Positions 52,750-64,000 of a stretch of 64,000 nt of DNA are shown here, in pieces. Origin of the DNA: Octopus sinensis (taxonomy: Eukaryota); contig NC_043010.1 of the NCBI RefSeq assembly GCF_006345805.1, forward strand, positions 28,644,001 through 28,708,000, given 5' to 3'. The translations under genes and the position numbers were made by a program. The number at the start of each line of letters is the position of its first letter. Positions within the stretch are counted from its first letter, which is position 1. The notes under the pieces are model-generated. The model ran no database searches. It was given only the letters and a program-made list of their open reading frames with translations, and was not told the origin of the DNA.

Positions 52750-53740
52750 ACACAAGAGAAGTTTTTTTTAGTATCGATCCATATTCTGTAGTCTGGTGCT
52801 TTGCTAAGAAAACTGGATGGAGATAAATGACTTGTGATACTCATGCAAGCCCTATACGAAGGTGTTGTCAGCAAGGTGAGAGTTGGCAATGAGTTCAGTG
52901 GGGAATTTTTGTGCTGGTAATGCATATATCAGGGCTCAGTTTTTCTCTTTATTATAGCTCTGCAGGATATAACAAAAGAGTTAAAGGCCAGCTGTCTATG
53001 AGAACTCTTCTATGTTGATGACCTAGTTATCATAACTGAATATCTTGAAGATTCAGTAAAATTCCAATTGTGAAAGCATTTGTAGCAAAGAGTAAAGTTT
53101 TAGTTTGGAGAAAAGAAAACATGACTGCTGTAGCCTGAATTCTGGCTGCATGAGCTGTAGTGGGACCGCAAGCAGACTGACAGAAAGCTGACTTCGTAAA
53201 GTGTCAGGTACACAGGAGTAGTCAGTAGTTAGACCTGTGAAATTTTTTTTTTCAAATACCCAAGAGGTTATATAATAGTAGAGCTTGGTTAAGGGAGATG
53301 GGTGTTCTGAAAGCACAGCAGGCAAAATAAGTGTAGATTTGGAAAAAAAAATCAAGTGAATTATTACTTGTTTGCAATAAGGGGATGTGCTTATGTAAGG
53401 GTTAGATAGATACTAAGATGCTTGTGCATAAAGTGCAGTGTTGCATTGTAGCGAGACAAGAATATTGAATGGGGAGGATATGTAAAGGAATGGGTGGACA
53501 TGCTCTACTGTATGTGTAAATGTTAGTGTGCATGAATGCGTGAGCAGAGAAGAAAAAATGGTTACGAGAATATTCAGATGTAGTGTGCAAGAGAGAAGAC
53601 TGAGCTGGATATATGATATGTGATGTACATGGAAGGTGACAGTTGTGTAAAGAAATGTGAAGTGATGCCAACAGAAGGAACTTGTGACGAAAACCAAGAA
53701 AGGATGCTGAACCTTAATGAAGGTGATAAGTGACTGACAA
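52750..53740 (+). mobile_element. Highly decayed RTE LINE RT region
   Basis: LRKLDGDK*LVILMQALYEGVVSKVRVGNEFSGEF and ELFYVDDLVII (YADD-like); later part parallels the 6.5 kb copy. Confidence 0.7.
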
Positions 53741-55059
53741 ATTATTTTGGAGAATACGATTGTAACACATGCAACCTCTGGATGTAAAAGTAATGAAGAT
53801 GTGTGTTTATGTCTGTGTCGATGTCTTTGTTCATGTTTTCTGGTGTAAAACCAGTGTTTTCCCTAGAAAATAAAATAAAAACGAACTTGTCTATTCGATA
53901 AATTAGATCGATAAAATACCAGACTGAAATAAGAAATGAGTCGATATGATCGACAATAATTGTTTGAAGGCAAATGCCCCACCAGCAATAATCGCAGTCC
54001 AGTAGGTGAAACCAGTAAACCAAATAGCAAAATAAATAATCTGTATTTTTGCACAAAACATGTAGACGAATATATTTTTGTATTTTGATTATTAGATATC
54101 TTTCTTTTCCCAAATTATCTCATTAAAAAAAATTCTCACTTAGAGATTCGTTTGAATTTTCTATTTGAACTTATGACGATATTGTTTTCTGTTGTTATTG
54201 TTGTTGTTACGACACACACACACACACTTTGGTCTCTCTAATAACCCTTTTGTCCCGTCGTACCTTTCGCCTCCTGCTTTCAACGTCCTTTACGATATTA
54301 ACATTGTCTTTCTCCATAATTTCTACTAATCTTTCGAATATACGTTTCCCTCTCTCTCTCTCTCTTTTTCTGTAACAAACTCTGTCTCTTATATCTTTCT
54401 ATTTGTTGTATCTGTCTCATTATATTTGTTGATGTTGCTGGCGGTGGTGGTGGTGTTAATGGCAGGGGGAAGCTTTCAGTTATATACAGACAATAACAAT
54501 ATTTCTCTCACTGTACGAGCACTTCTCATTTGTTTTAGTTCTTCCTCTGTATACAACACATGTACCATGTTGATGGCATATGGGGCGATTGTTTGACTCC
54601 CTTTTCTTTTCTGCCTCCTTTCCCTCTCTTTCAAAGCACATGTACTCTAGTCTTTGCATGCGGAGCAGTTGATTGTAAATCTAAATATCTCTCTCTCTCC
54701 TCTCGTTGTCACAGGCACTTATCAGTTTTCATAAGGTTTGTATTAATCTCTCTCTCTCTCTCCACATGTACTCTTACACTCACACTTCACGCTCTCTTTC
54801 TCATTGCCATCATTATTAGAGTGGCTGCTATATTGGTAGCGGTGGTGGCAACAAACGTTACTGTTCCTGCTTAACCCCAGATCAGCTACGATTGAGCAGG
54901 CCTATAGATTGAAGGCATTCCAGCTTTGACCGTCCCATCCACGTATGGTTATATATCTAGATTAATATTATCGATGTGTCCTTCCCATTTCTTAGGAGTA
55001 AGGTATAAGTAGAATGAAATTTTACTGTTATTTCTAGCGATTCGTGCAACCACAAGAGA

Positions 55060-55436
55060 GAACTCTTTCTCCCGCTTTCACATTTGAAATCGCCTATTGG
55101 TGAAGTCTCTAAATTTCCATATCTAAAGAGACTAATAATAAAATTGATAATAATAAAAGAAAGACGGTTTAAACTGTATTTTAAGTTTCATACATTTGTA
55201 GTCATAAACTTACAGGTTCTTTATTTTTTCAGCGAAAACTCCCCTCTCCCTTCTCTCACAGGTTTATGTTATTGCAATTCGTCCCTGAGGTGTTAAAAAG
55301 ATCCCCACGTCTGGCGGCATCATAAGGGTTACTTAGGGTAAACTGTTTTTATGAAAGTGAAAAGAGAGAAAGAAAGCAATCTAAAAACGTATATACTAAG
55401 GATACCACAGCCGCGATCATCGTGTTTTTGTCGAAG
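55060..55436 (+). promoter_or_regulatory. Candidate promoter and first exon of a + strand gene
   Basis: CpG-rich zone; tctcccgc, tttgaa (55083) and attgg (55096) cluster; donor aag|gtatt at 55436/7; GT-skewed sequence follows. Confidence 0.4.
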
Positions 55437-55542
55437 GTATTATTTATTTTTATATTATCTAGTTTCAGCTCACGAGCTGTGGCCATGCTGGGGCACCGCC
55501 ATAGTGTATTCAAGATTTAATTATCGAGTGTGCCCTTTTTTT

Positions 55543-55842
55543 TTTTTACTTGTTTCAGTTATTTGACTGCGGCCATGCTAGAGCACCGCCTTTAGTCGAG
55601 CAAATTGACCCCAGGACTTATTCTTTGTAAGCCTAGTACTTATTCTATCGGTCGCTTTTGCTGAACCACTTAGTTACGGGGACGTAAACACACCAGCTTC
55701 GGTTGTCAAGCGATGTTGTGGGGACAAACACAGGCATAAACACACACACACGTATATACACGACGGGCTTCTTTCAGTTTCCGTCTTCCAAATCCACTCA
55801 CAATGTGGTTGGTAAGCAAGCTACTTGCCACACAGCCACTAC
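55543..55842 (-). mobile_element. SINE family B with internal deletion
   Basis: Tail, core and head (cacagccact) present. Confidence 0.88.
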
Positions 55843-56428
55843 TGATAGAGTGTAATTTGAGGGAGATTTAACTACTATTTCTGGTCATATGGAACGCCTT
55901 TATCGATATTACGTTTTATTATTCTTGGTGTTTAAAGCTGTAGTGGTGGTAATTGTGGTGTGACAGTAAAGAGTTGTTTATGACCATAGATTGTGTGTTT
56001 GTTGTCGTTTTGCGCCAAATCAGCTCTGATTAAACAAACTGATAAAATAAACATTCCAACTGTGTATTTACTACTTGGACAAGTATTTATTTCGTTCTCT
56101 TCTTTTTTTTTTTTTTTTCAAGATGGTAGAGTTGAAATTTGAGGAAGAGTTGGCTGTTATTTTTAGTAGGTCGAGCGAGTGTGTTGGGGAGTGGTGTTGC
56201 TGTTTCCCGTGTAGCTTTTTTTAGTTTATTTTGTGTTCAATAACTTCAGTCACTATCGATCAGGTTGTTCGTGATGATAATTGTTAATTGACTGTGGTGA
56301 ATGTGGTGATTCTAGTTGTGTCGTGATGGTGGTGGTACGACGGCGATTATGTAATCGATATTGTTGAAGATGGTGGTTGTGGTGGTGATGGTTCAATAAC
56401 CTAAACTCGGTCTTCTGTTATTTTTCAG

Positions 56429-56520
56429 TTTCACAATGTAAACATTATTTCTCCATCGTTAGATTTCGATATTCGATCATCTAGCTTTGTTCACAAGAAT
56501 GCTCTTCTCTAAGTTTTTAT
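56429..56520 (+). other. Candidate 92 nt exon
   Basis: tcttctgttatttttcag| ... |gtaagg; possible ATG at 56499 (MLFSKFL). Confidence 0.35.
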
Positions 56521-57458
56521 GTAAGGTTAATGTGTAATGTTTGTGTCGGGTGTGTGTGTGTTTTTTATGTATGTTTCTGTAAATGTGTACTGTTTGTGTA
56601 ATGTACGTTACTGGGTTAATGTGTATATGTTTGTGCAATGTGTGTGTTGTTTGGAATTGATGTGTGTGAACATGTTTGTAATTATGTAATGTGTGTGCCT
56701 GTGTAGTTAGTGTTCAAATCACAAGACAGTGGAATTACTATAAGAAATATGATATGTATTTGTGAATGTGTAATATTATCTTGGTACATTGAGTATGACT
56801 ATATAATATAATAATGAACGGTGTGTTTTGGACTGCTGTATGTATTTGTGTGTGTGTGTACATATATATAAATATATGTAGAGAGAGAGATACATAGATA
56901 TATCGATATACACATACATATATGTAATATGTAAATACATTCATATACATATTTACATGCATAAATACATACACATACATATATAGGCATGTATGTATAT
57001 ATAATGTGTATATATATATATAACACACATCCACTAGTGAGAATCCTCCTGATAAATATTGCTTTATAGTTATTACTTGTGCAAAACTATTGATTGTGGT
57101 TAATTAAATACGTTTCTCTTTGTCATTAGGGAATAATAAGCGCGCGCGCACACACACACAGAGTTAAATAAGTATATTTAACTTTATTTAATTATTGGGA
57201 ATACTGAGTAGAAGTGGTCTCAGAATTCCGCAAAGTAGATAACTTAGTGATTCCATGAAATACTGTTAGAGTCACTGAGTTGCAGCTCAGTTAAATGACC
57301 AGTCAGTATTTTCTTTAATTTTAAACATAGTGAAAGTACCATAGTAGCCTAATTGCACATCAGGTGGGGTGAGAATAGAAATGGAAACACTGCTAGATTT
57401 TTTTATTCAATGTATATTTAATGAGTACATGTAGGATGAAACTGTGTGTTATATATAT

Positions 57459-57822
57459 AGGTGCAGGTGTGGCTGTGTGGTAAGAAGCTTGATTCTCAAC
57501 CATATGGTTCCAGGTTCAATCCCACTTGTGACACTTTGGGTAAGTGTCTTCTACTATAGCCTTGGGCCGACCAAAGTCTTGCAAGTGGATTTGGTGAATG
57601 GAAACTTTAAAAAAATCCCATCGTATATATTGCATGTGTGTATGTGTCTTTGTTTGCATCCCTGTAACTTAGCGTTTCGTCAAAAGAGTATGATGGAATA
57701 AATACCAAGCTTCAAAACAAAACAAAAAAATGTTTTGGAGTTGATTCATTTGACTAAAAATTCTTTAAGGCAGTTCCCCAGCGTAGCCACAGTCTAATGT
57801 CTGAAACAAGTAAAAAATAAAA
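57459..57822 (+). mobile_element. SINE family B, full length, diverged
   Basis: ggtgcaggtgtggctgtgtggtaag head, ggttcaatccc B-box, tail ctgaaacaagtaaaaaa. Confidence 0.85.
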
Positions 57823-58004
57823 TATACCATATTTGGTGTATGCAATGCACATCCCCTTCTCCTTACCTAAAAAATGTCTTAAGAAGTTGTCATTGGTCCT
57901 GTGTGCAAAATTGAGCCTCCCATAAGCTCTTTGCCTTGAATATGCTCTATGAAATTGAGGTGCATCTAATATGTCTGTGTGTATTCATCTGGTATGTATT
58001 TAGA

Positions 58005-58325
58005 TGTGTGTTCCAAAGGTCCCAGTTATCCTGTTTAGAGTGAAGACCATGCACTGCAACACCTTGGGATTCAAGGGCCCATAGCCTTGCCAAAACAGCT
58101 GAAGGATCTTCATGGAGAAAGAGTAGATGTTTTCAAGAAACAACTTGACCTATTATCCAAGATGAACTTACATCATGGCAAAAAACTCAAAAGAGAGCAG
58201 CTATGTTGAACCCCTTCCTTCACCAAATGCCAATTGCATAAGAATGGTCATAGAAAAGGTGATTACACTGGCTGTGTCCCAGCATGGTCTCAGCCTTTTG
58301 GCTAAAAGAATAAAAGGATATAAAG
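58005..58325 (+). mobile_element. CR1-group LINE extreme 3' end
   Basis: NTLGFKGP..LPKQLKDLHGERVDVFKKQLDLL...RAA..NP.LHQ, then cccagcatggtctcagcc..ggctaaaagaataaaag. Confidence 0.65.
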
Positions 58326-60289
58326 GAACAGTGATGTAAAGGGACCTTTTTAGTTTTATTAGGAGTGACCTCTCTGGTGTCAGTAGGATGATACATTGCA
58401 CTCAAATAGAGATAGGAAGGGCATCCAACAGTAAAAATCGTGCTCCCACCCACAAAAAAGGCTGATGCCCACAGTAAAAAACATTGGTGCTTGGCCTAGG
58501 GGTTAGGGTGTTGCACTCATGATCACAAGATCATAGTTTCAATTCCTGGACTAGGCAGTGCATTGTGGTCTTGAGCAAAACACTTCAGTTCACATTGCTT
58601 TAGTCCATTCAGCTATAAATGGGTCACCCTGCGATGGACTGGCATCTCCTTCGCAGAAAATGTCACTTATATGCTATGGAAACCAGATAACTAGTGTTAT
58701 GAATCCTAGGACTCAAAGCAGTAATGTTCCTCCCTGGAACATCAACCTTCTGGAATTGTCTCTCTGTTCATGTTTTTCTTACAAGTGTTGATCTGCAACA
58801 AGTTTAAAGGTAACATTAATGGCATTGAGGTTACTGGTCTTGAAGTGCCCTGCAGAGTACAAGGCATTGCCCCGCCAAGCAAAATGAAAAAAAAAAATCT
58901 TATCATGAATGATGCTTTTCTGCTGCTATAGATTTCTCTCATTTGGGAGGTGGTGGTGGTGGGTGCTTTAATTTGTAATCATTTGAAGGTGTAACTGCTA
59001 TCTATTTTCTTTTATCTTATACTTATTTCAGTCATTAGACTGTGGCTTTATTGGAGCACCACTTTGAAAGATTTTACTCAAACAAACTGACTCTAGTACT
59101 TACATATTTTTAAGCCTGGTACTTATTTTATTGGTCTCCTTTGCAGAAACCGCTAATTTACAGGGATGTAAACAAACCAACATCAGTTGGAGTGACAAAG
59201 GTACATGCGTGTGAGTGTGTGTATAGGACTGGCACGAGGAAATACAGGGCTTAATAATTAGAGGAGAATTATCAGTGGGACCCCTACTCTACAGAAGCTG
59301 AAGATTGATGTTTTATGCTTTGTCTGGTATGCCATTATCAGCCAAAAGGCATTGAGGGTTTGAGACTCCACCATTAACCACATCATGGTGTCCTCTGCTC
59401 AAGCATATGCACAGGGCCCAATTTGAACAAATCAGTCTAATTATATATATAAAGTTAATCCAAACAAGGAAGCACAAAAAAACACAACAACGCGAGGACG
59501 TGGAACAAATATAGTATTATTGGATGCTCAGGAAAGAAGGAGGGTTTAACGTTTTGAGCGGAGCTCTTTGTCGGAAACATAGGAGAAGGGAAGACAGAGG
59601 GAAAAAATAGCCAACGGTACACATGCGGTCACATTTTATATATATAATTATATATATACAATGTTATACACGTTTCATGTATCTGTATGTACATGCACAC
59701 ACATACACACAAATGTGTGTATTCAATCTATGCCGGTATAGAAAATAGATACTAAATGATGATGATGTATATGAAACAAATGAAAACTGGAGTTGCTATT
59801 TCATACTCTGCAACTGAAAGATTGTGCAAAACTATTGTTTCTGCTGGATGAATTTCTTTTCTATACCTTTGGATAGCCAGGTGTTTGCAAGAGTGCTATC
59901 TGGATTCCTGGATCTCTTCTGACTTGCTCTACACACACACACACCTTTTCCTTTGTTCAGATCTCTTTCCACTTTTTCTAGAGATATTAGTCACTGTACT
60001 GGAATTTACCACTGGACCAATATATGCCATTTAGTAGACAATGTGATCAGTATAAGCTTTCAGTATCAAATTGCGACTTATAGACTTCCATCCTTTCCAA
60101 AGGACCTTTGAGTTCTCTTTTTTTCACTCCTGGACTGGAGATAACCAGCAACTGTCTAAGGTCCATACATATGTGACCATTGTTAATGCACTTTATAACT
60201 ACAGGGTCAGTAATTTATATTCCAACACCATTACTGTGTTTATGTCTATGGCCAAGATACTTTCTCAGTCTATACATTGGCACAGTTCA

Positions 60290-61059
60290 CCGTTATCAAT
60301 TAGTTTAACATCACCATCAAGTTCTTCTATGATTAGTAGTATCTATTCTGTTACAAGTATTCAGGCTAGGTCACTAATCTTTCTCCCACCAGTCTTATAA
60401 GTGTTGACTTCATCTTGTGATTCAGTTATTTAAAAAAATAAATGCTTTGTATTTTGAGTTCAAATCCTTCTGATGTTGACTTCATCTTGATCACTGTTGT
60501 TGATGTTGTTTTTGTACTTTGATCTAAATTCAACTTCTGATCTTGCAGACCTAGGATCACAGACAATCCAGCCATAATCATGCCAATTTTTATGAGGTTA
60601 TCTAAGACTACATTATCTAATGTCCTTCCCTTCTTTTTCAGGATGGCAGAGTGTGATTTGAGAGAGATGTAACAGTTACATCTCTCTCAAATCACACTCT
60701 GCCATCCTGAAAAAGAAGGGAAGGACATTAGATAATGTAGTCTTAGATAACCTCATAAAAATTGGCATGATTATGGCTGGATTGTCTGTGATCCTAGGTC
60801 TGCAAGATCAGAAGTTGAATTTAGATCAAAGTACAAAAACAACATCAACAACAGTGATCAAAGATGAAGTCAACATCAGAAGGATTTGAACTCAAAATAC
60901 AAAGCACTTATTTTTTTAAATAACTGAATCACAAGATGAAGTCAACACTTATAAGACTGGTGGGAGAAAGATTAGTGACCTAGCCTGAATACTTGTAACA
61001 GAATAGATACTACTAATCATAGAAGAACTTGATGGTGATGTTAAACTAATTGACAACGG
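60290..61059. repeat. Near-perfect palindrome, ~384 bp arms, 1 nt spacer at 60674
   Basis: Centre gagagagatgtaac-a-gttacatctctctc; by eye the arms differ by two substitutions and one 1-nt indel. Confidence 0.97.
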
Positions 61060-61130
61060 AGAGGACTCCATTAAAGGTACCCAAGGACCAGCTGATGGTG
61101 TTAAACTGAGTGACAACAGAGTGGACTCTA

Positions 61131-61355
61131 TTGACCCTTCAGCATTCAGATTACTTTGTCAAATGAAATGCTCATTTATTCACATTTTCTAAAGTTAGTT
61201 CTATGTAATCTTGTTAGTTTGAGATTATGAACAAGTGATTGTTTATTTTAGAATGACATTGCAGGTGGATATGAGAGGCTGGATCTGGTCACTTGAACAT
61301 AAAACGGGTAAAATATTTGGGCTGTATATGCCTGGTTTAAATGCTAAAAGGGTAA
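61131..61355. mobile_element. piggyBac-type MITE, diverged
   Basis: ttgacccttcagcattcagatt...aatgctaaaagggtaa. Confidence 0.7.
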
Positions 61356-62869
61356 ATGGAATGAAGGACCACATAGAGATGTTAACCCGGGTGACAACAG
61401 AGAGGACTTTACAAAAGGCACCAAAAGATCAGGTGGGTGTTGAAACAAATGCATTAAGTTTATCTCAATCACCAAGAAAGGAACACTCCTTAATGAACTT
61501 CCAGTTTTCATTTCCCAAATTTCATTCATAGGGCTTTAATTAGCCTAAGGCTATGTTAAAAGACACTTGCCCAAGGATGTCCATATAAAGGCTTCCTCAA
61601 TACTCCATAATATAAGTCCCAAAGGATATGTCAGTTGGGATTTGAATCCATTTGGAAGGCTGCTATGTTGACCATTATACCACTGACATACCAGTTGTAT
61701 TGGTATTAGATAAGTGGCAAAAATGATTGACCTTATTCAATATTTAGTAGATTGGACTGTATGTGTGAAGGTACGTGGCCCAGTGGTTTGGATGTTACAC
61801 TTGTAATTGCAAGATTGTGATTTTGATTCCCAGACTGAGCAGTGCATTGTTCTTGAGTGAAACACTTCCCTTCATGTTGCTCCAATCTGCTCAGCTGTAA
61901 ATGAGTAACTCTGCAATGGACTGACATCCTATGCAGAAGTAGTGTTGTTATCTCAGTCACTTATACATTAAGGGAACTAGGTAACCAGCACTATGAGTCC
62001 TGGGTCTCAAGACAGTACTTACTCCTTTACATTCCAATTTCAAATCCTATTGATTTCAACTTTGCCTTTCATCCTTCCAGAGGTCAATAAAATAAAGTAT
62101 CAGTTAAATAGTGAGGTTAATGTAGTTGAGTCTTCACCCTCCCTTCATATGCAAAGCACTGTGCCTTAAATTTGGTGGCAGGAAAATAGTTCTTTAAATT
62201 ATTATATACTTACAACTAAGGTGGCAAGCTGATAGAATTATTAGCACACCTGGCAAAATACTTACTGGCATTTTGTCTGTCTTCATGTTCTGGATTCAAA
62301 TGCCACCAGAATCGACTTTGCCTTCCATCTTTTTTGGATCAGTGAAATAAGTACCAATTGAGCATCTGGGGTTGATTTAATCAACTTAGCCCCTCCTTCA
62401 AATTGCTGGCCTTGTGCCAAAATTTGGAACCAGTATTTACTCACAACCTTTTTTGTTCTGATTTCAAATCTCCATGATGTTGACTTTGCCTTTACTCTTT
62501 CCCTTATGCTTGAGTTGATGAAATAGGTACCAGTGAACTACTGGGGTAAATTCTGTTATATCTGTTTCTTAAAATCATTAGAACTGGTATTCAATGGCAG
62601 GTCAGATTGTTACAGTTTGGTAGGAAGGTATTTGAACTGTTTTAAATTGTTCTAAGTTTGGTGCTTTGTTCTAAGATCATTTCCACCTAAGGTTCATTGA
62701 TTTGATTTTATTGTATTAATTTCTTTTGTGATCAGAACAGTAGGTTTCAGTAATACTCTGGTGTTGTTTCAGTGGACAATAGTTTTCTTTATGTTTTGTT
62801 TTATTTATCTCTTTTACAAAAAATGATCCTGTTTCTGATCCAAATAAATCATTCGTGGTAGCACTAGTG

Positions 62870-63260
62870 CAAAACTACTACTACCACCACTACCTATACT
62901 ATTATTGTTACAACTACTACTACTACTGGCACTATTATTCTAACACTAACAACAACAACTACTACTACTACCACCACCACCACTGGTACTGCTATTGTAA
63001 CAACAACCAATACCATCTCCGACAACAACTGTTACTGTTACTATAATTTTACTACGATATTTATTACTGTTTCTTCTAGTCTGTTTACTACTACTACTAC
63101 TAATACTACTACTACAACCACCATCTCTGCCGTGACTGAAATTACGACCACCATAACTATCACCACTACCATTACTGCTATCACTCTTATGGCCACCACC
63201 ACCACCACCACTGCAACTATCACCCCTACAGTTACCACTTCCACTACAACACTGCTGCTG
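62870..63260. repeat. Cryptic trinucleotide (ACT/ACC/AAC) low-complexity tract
   Basis: Direct reading. Confidence 0.9.
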
Positions 63261-63528
63261 TATCATTGGTGTAGACATGCTGCTGTTTGTTTTTAATAAA
63301 ATGCTATGTAGTCAATCAATATTGTCAGATGCTCTATATTAAAATCAACATTCTTCATATTAAATCAATATTGTAACATACAATGTTATATATTAAATCA
63401 ATATCTGTGTGGTGAATGGTGTTACACATAGTGGAGGTAAGCTTTCAGGGAACCAAGTCTGCGACCTGGTTTTCATTCCTCGTACAAGATGTCGCACTTC
63501 ATTTCATCCATGTCCCTGTTTCTCTTGA

Positions 63529-63775
63529 GAAAGTCATGAATACCACAACCTCATATTTCCCATCTTCAAGTTTTATATTTTATAAGCAATCTTTATATAT
63601 TATGTCAAATTAATGGAATTGTACTTGCGAAAGGCATGAATACCTTAACTTCACATATCCCATGTTCTTAATGAATCTGAGGTTTTATATTTTTTAAGCA
63701 ATTTTTAGTTATTAAGTCAAACTAACACAGTTGCATTTGGGAAAGGCATGAATATCTCAAACTCTCATTTCCTTT
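63529..63775. repeat. Degenerate ~100-110 bp tandem repeat, about 2.3 units
   Basis: gaaag(t/g)catgaata at ~63529, ~63629 and ~63741 with shared ttttatattt..taagcaat..gtcaaa. Confidence 0.75.
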
Positions 63776-64000
63776 TGTCTAAAATGTAAGACTCTATACT
63801 TAGTTCAAAAGAACCCAACACTATTGTGGAGTGTTATGTAGTGTGGAGAGGGTTAAAACTGCAAAATTTTGGAATAAATTCATTTACCAAAGTTTGATTC
63901 ATCTCGCTTGGCAGGGTCACCCTTTATTTTTCATGTCATTGTAGTTAATAAGTACCAGTACTTGAGTTGTTTCCTAGATTCTTACAAAATTGGCGTTTGT

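Noticed and set aside
62855-63278. Gly/Ser-, Val- or Tyr/His-rich ORFs
   Set aside because: Products of a cryptic trinucleotide tract; no splice or domain support.

Overview
AT-rich, repeat-dominated eukaryotic DNA. The SINE/LINE families and dense (TA)n/(TATG)n microsatellites resemble a coleoid cephalopod (Octopus-like) genome; this is pattern recognition, not a database match. I recognise no intact host protein-coding gene, and nearly all listed ORFs are microsatellite translations. The window holds decayed mariner, Tc1, hAT, piggyBac-type MITE, Helitron, RTE, CR1/L2, R4-like and Penelope elements, several tRNA-derived SINE families, and two CpG-rich promoter-like zones (~22.3-23.2 kb, ~55.1-56.5 kb) with candidate short exons. 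The main signal is a set of minimal type I hammerhead ribozyme (HHR) motifs. They occur in a Penelope pseudo-LTR and in several short (TA)n-inserted non-autonomous elements, including one with a tRNA-derived Pol III head and one family with a variant catalytic core. Also notable: a ~770 bp near-perfect palindrome, a 29 bp pre-miRNA-like hairpin, an inverted LINE-tail pair and an 857 bp tandem duplication. Coordinates were counted by eye and element boundaries are approximate.
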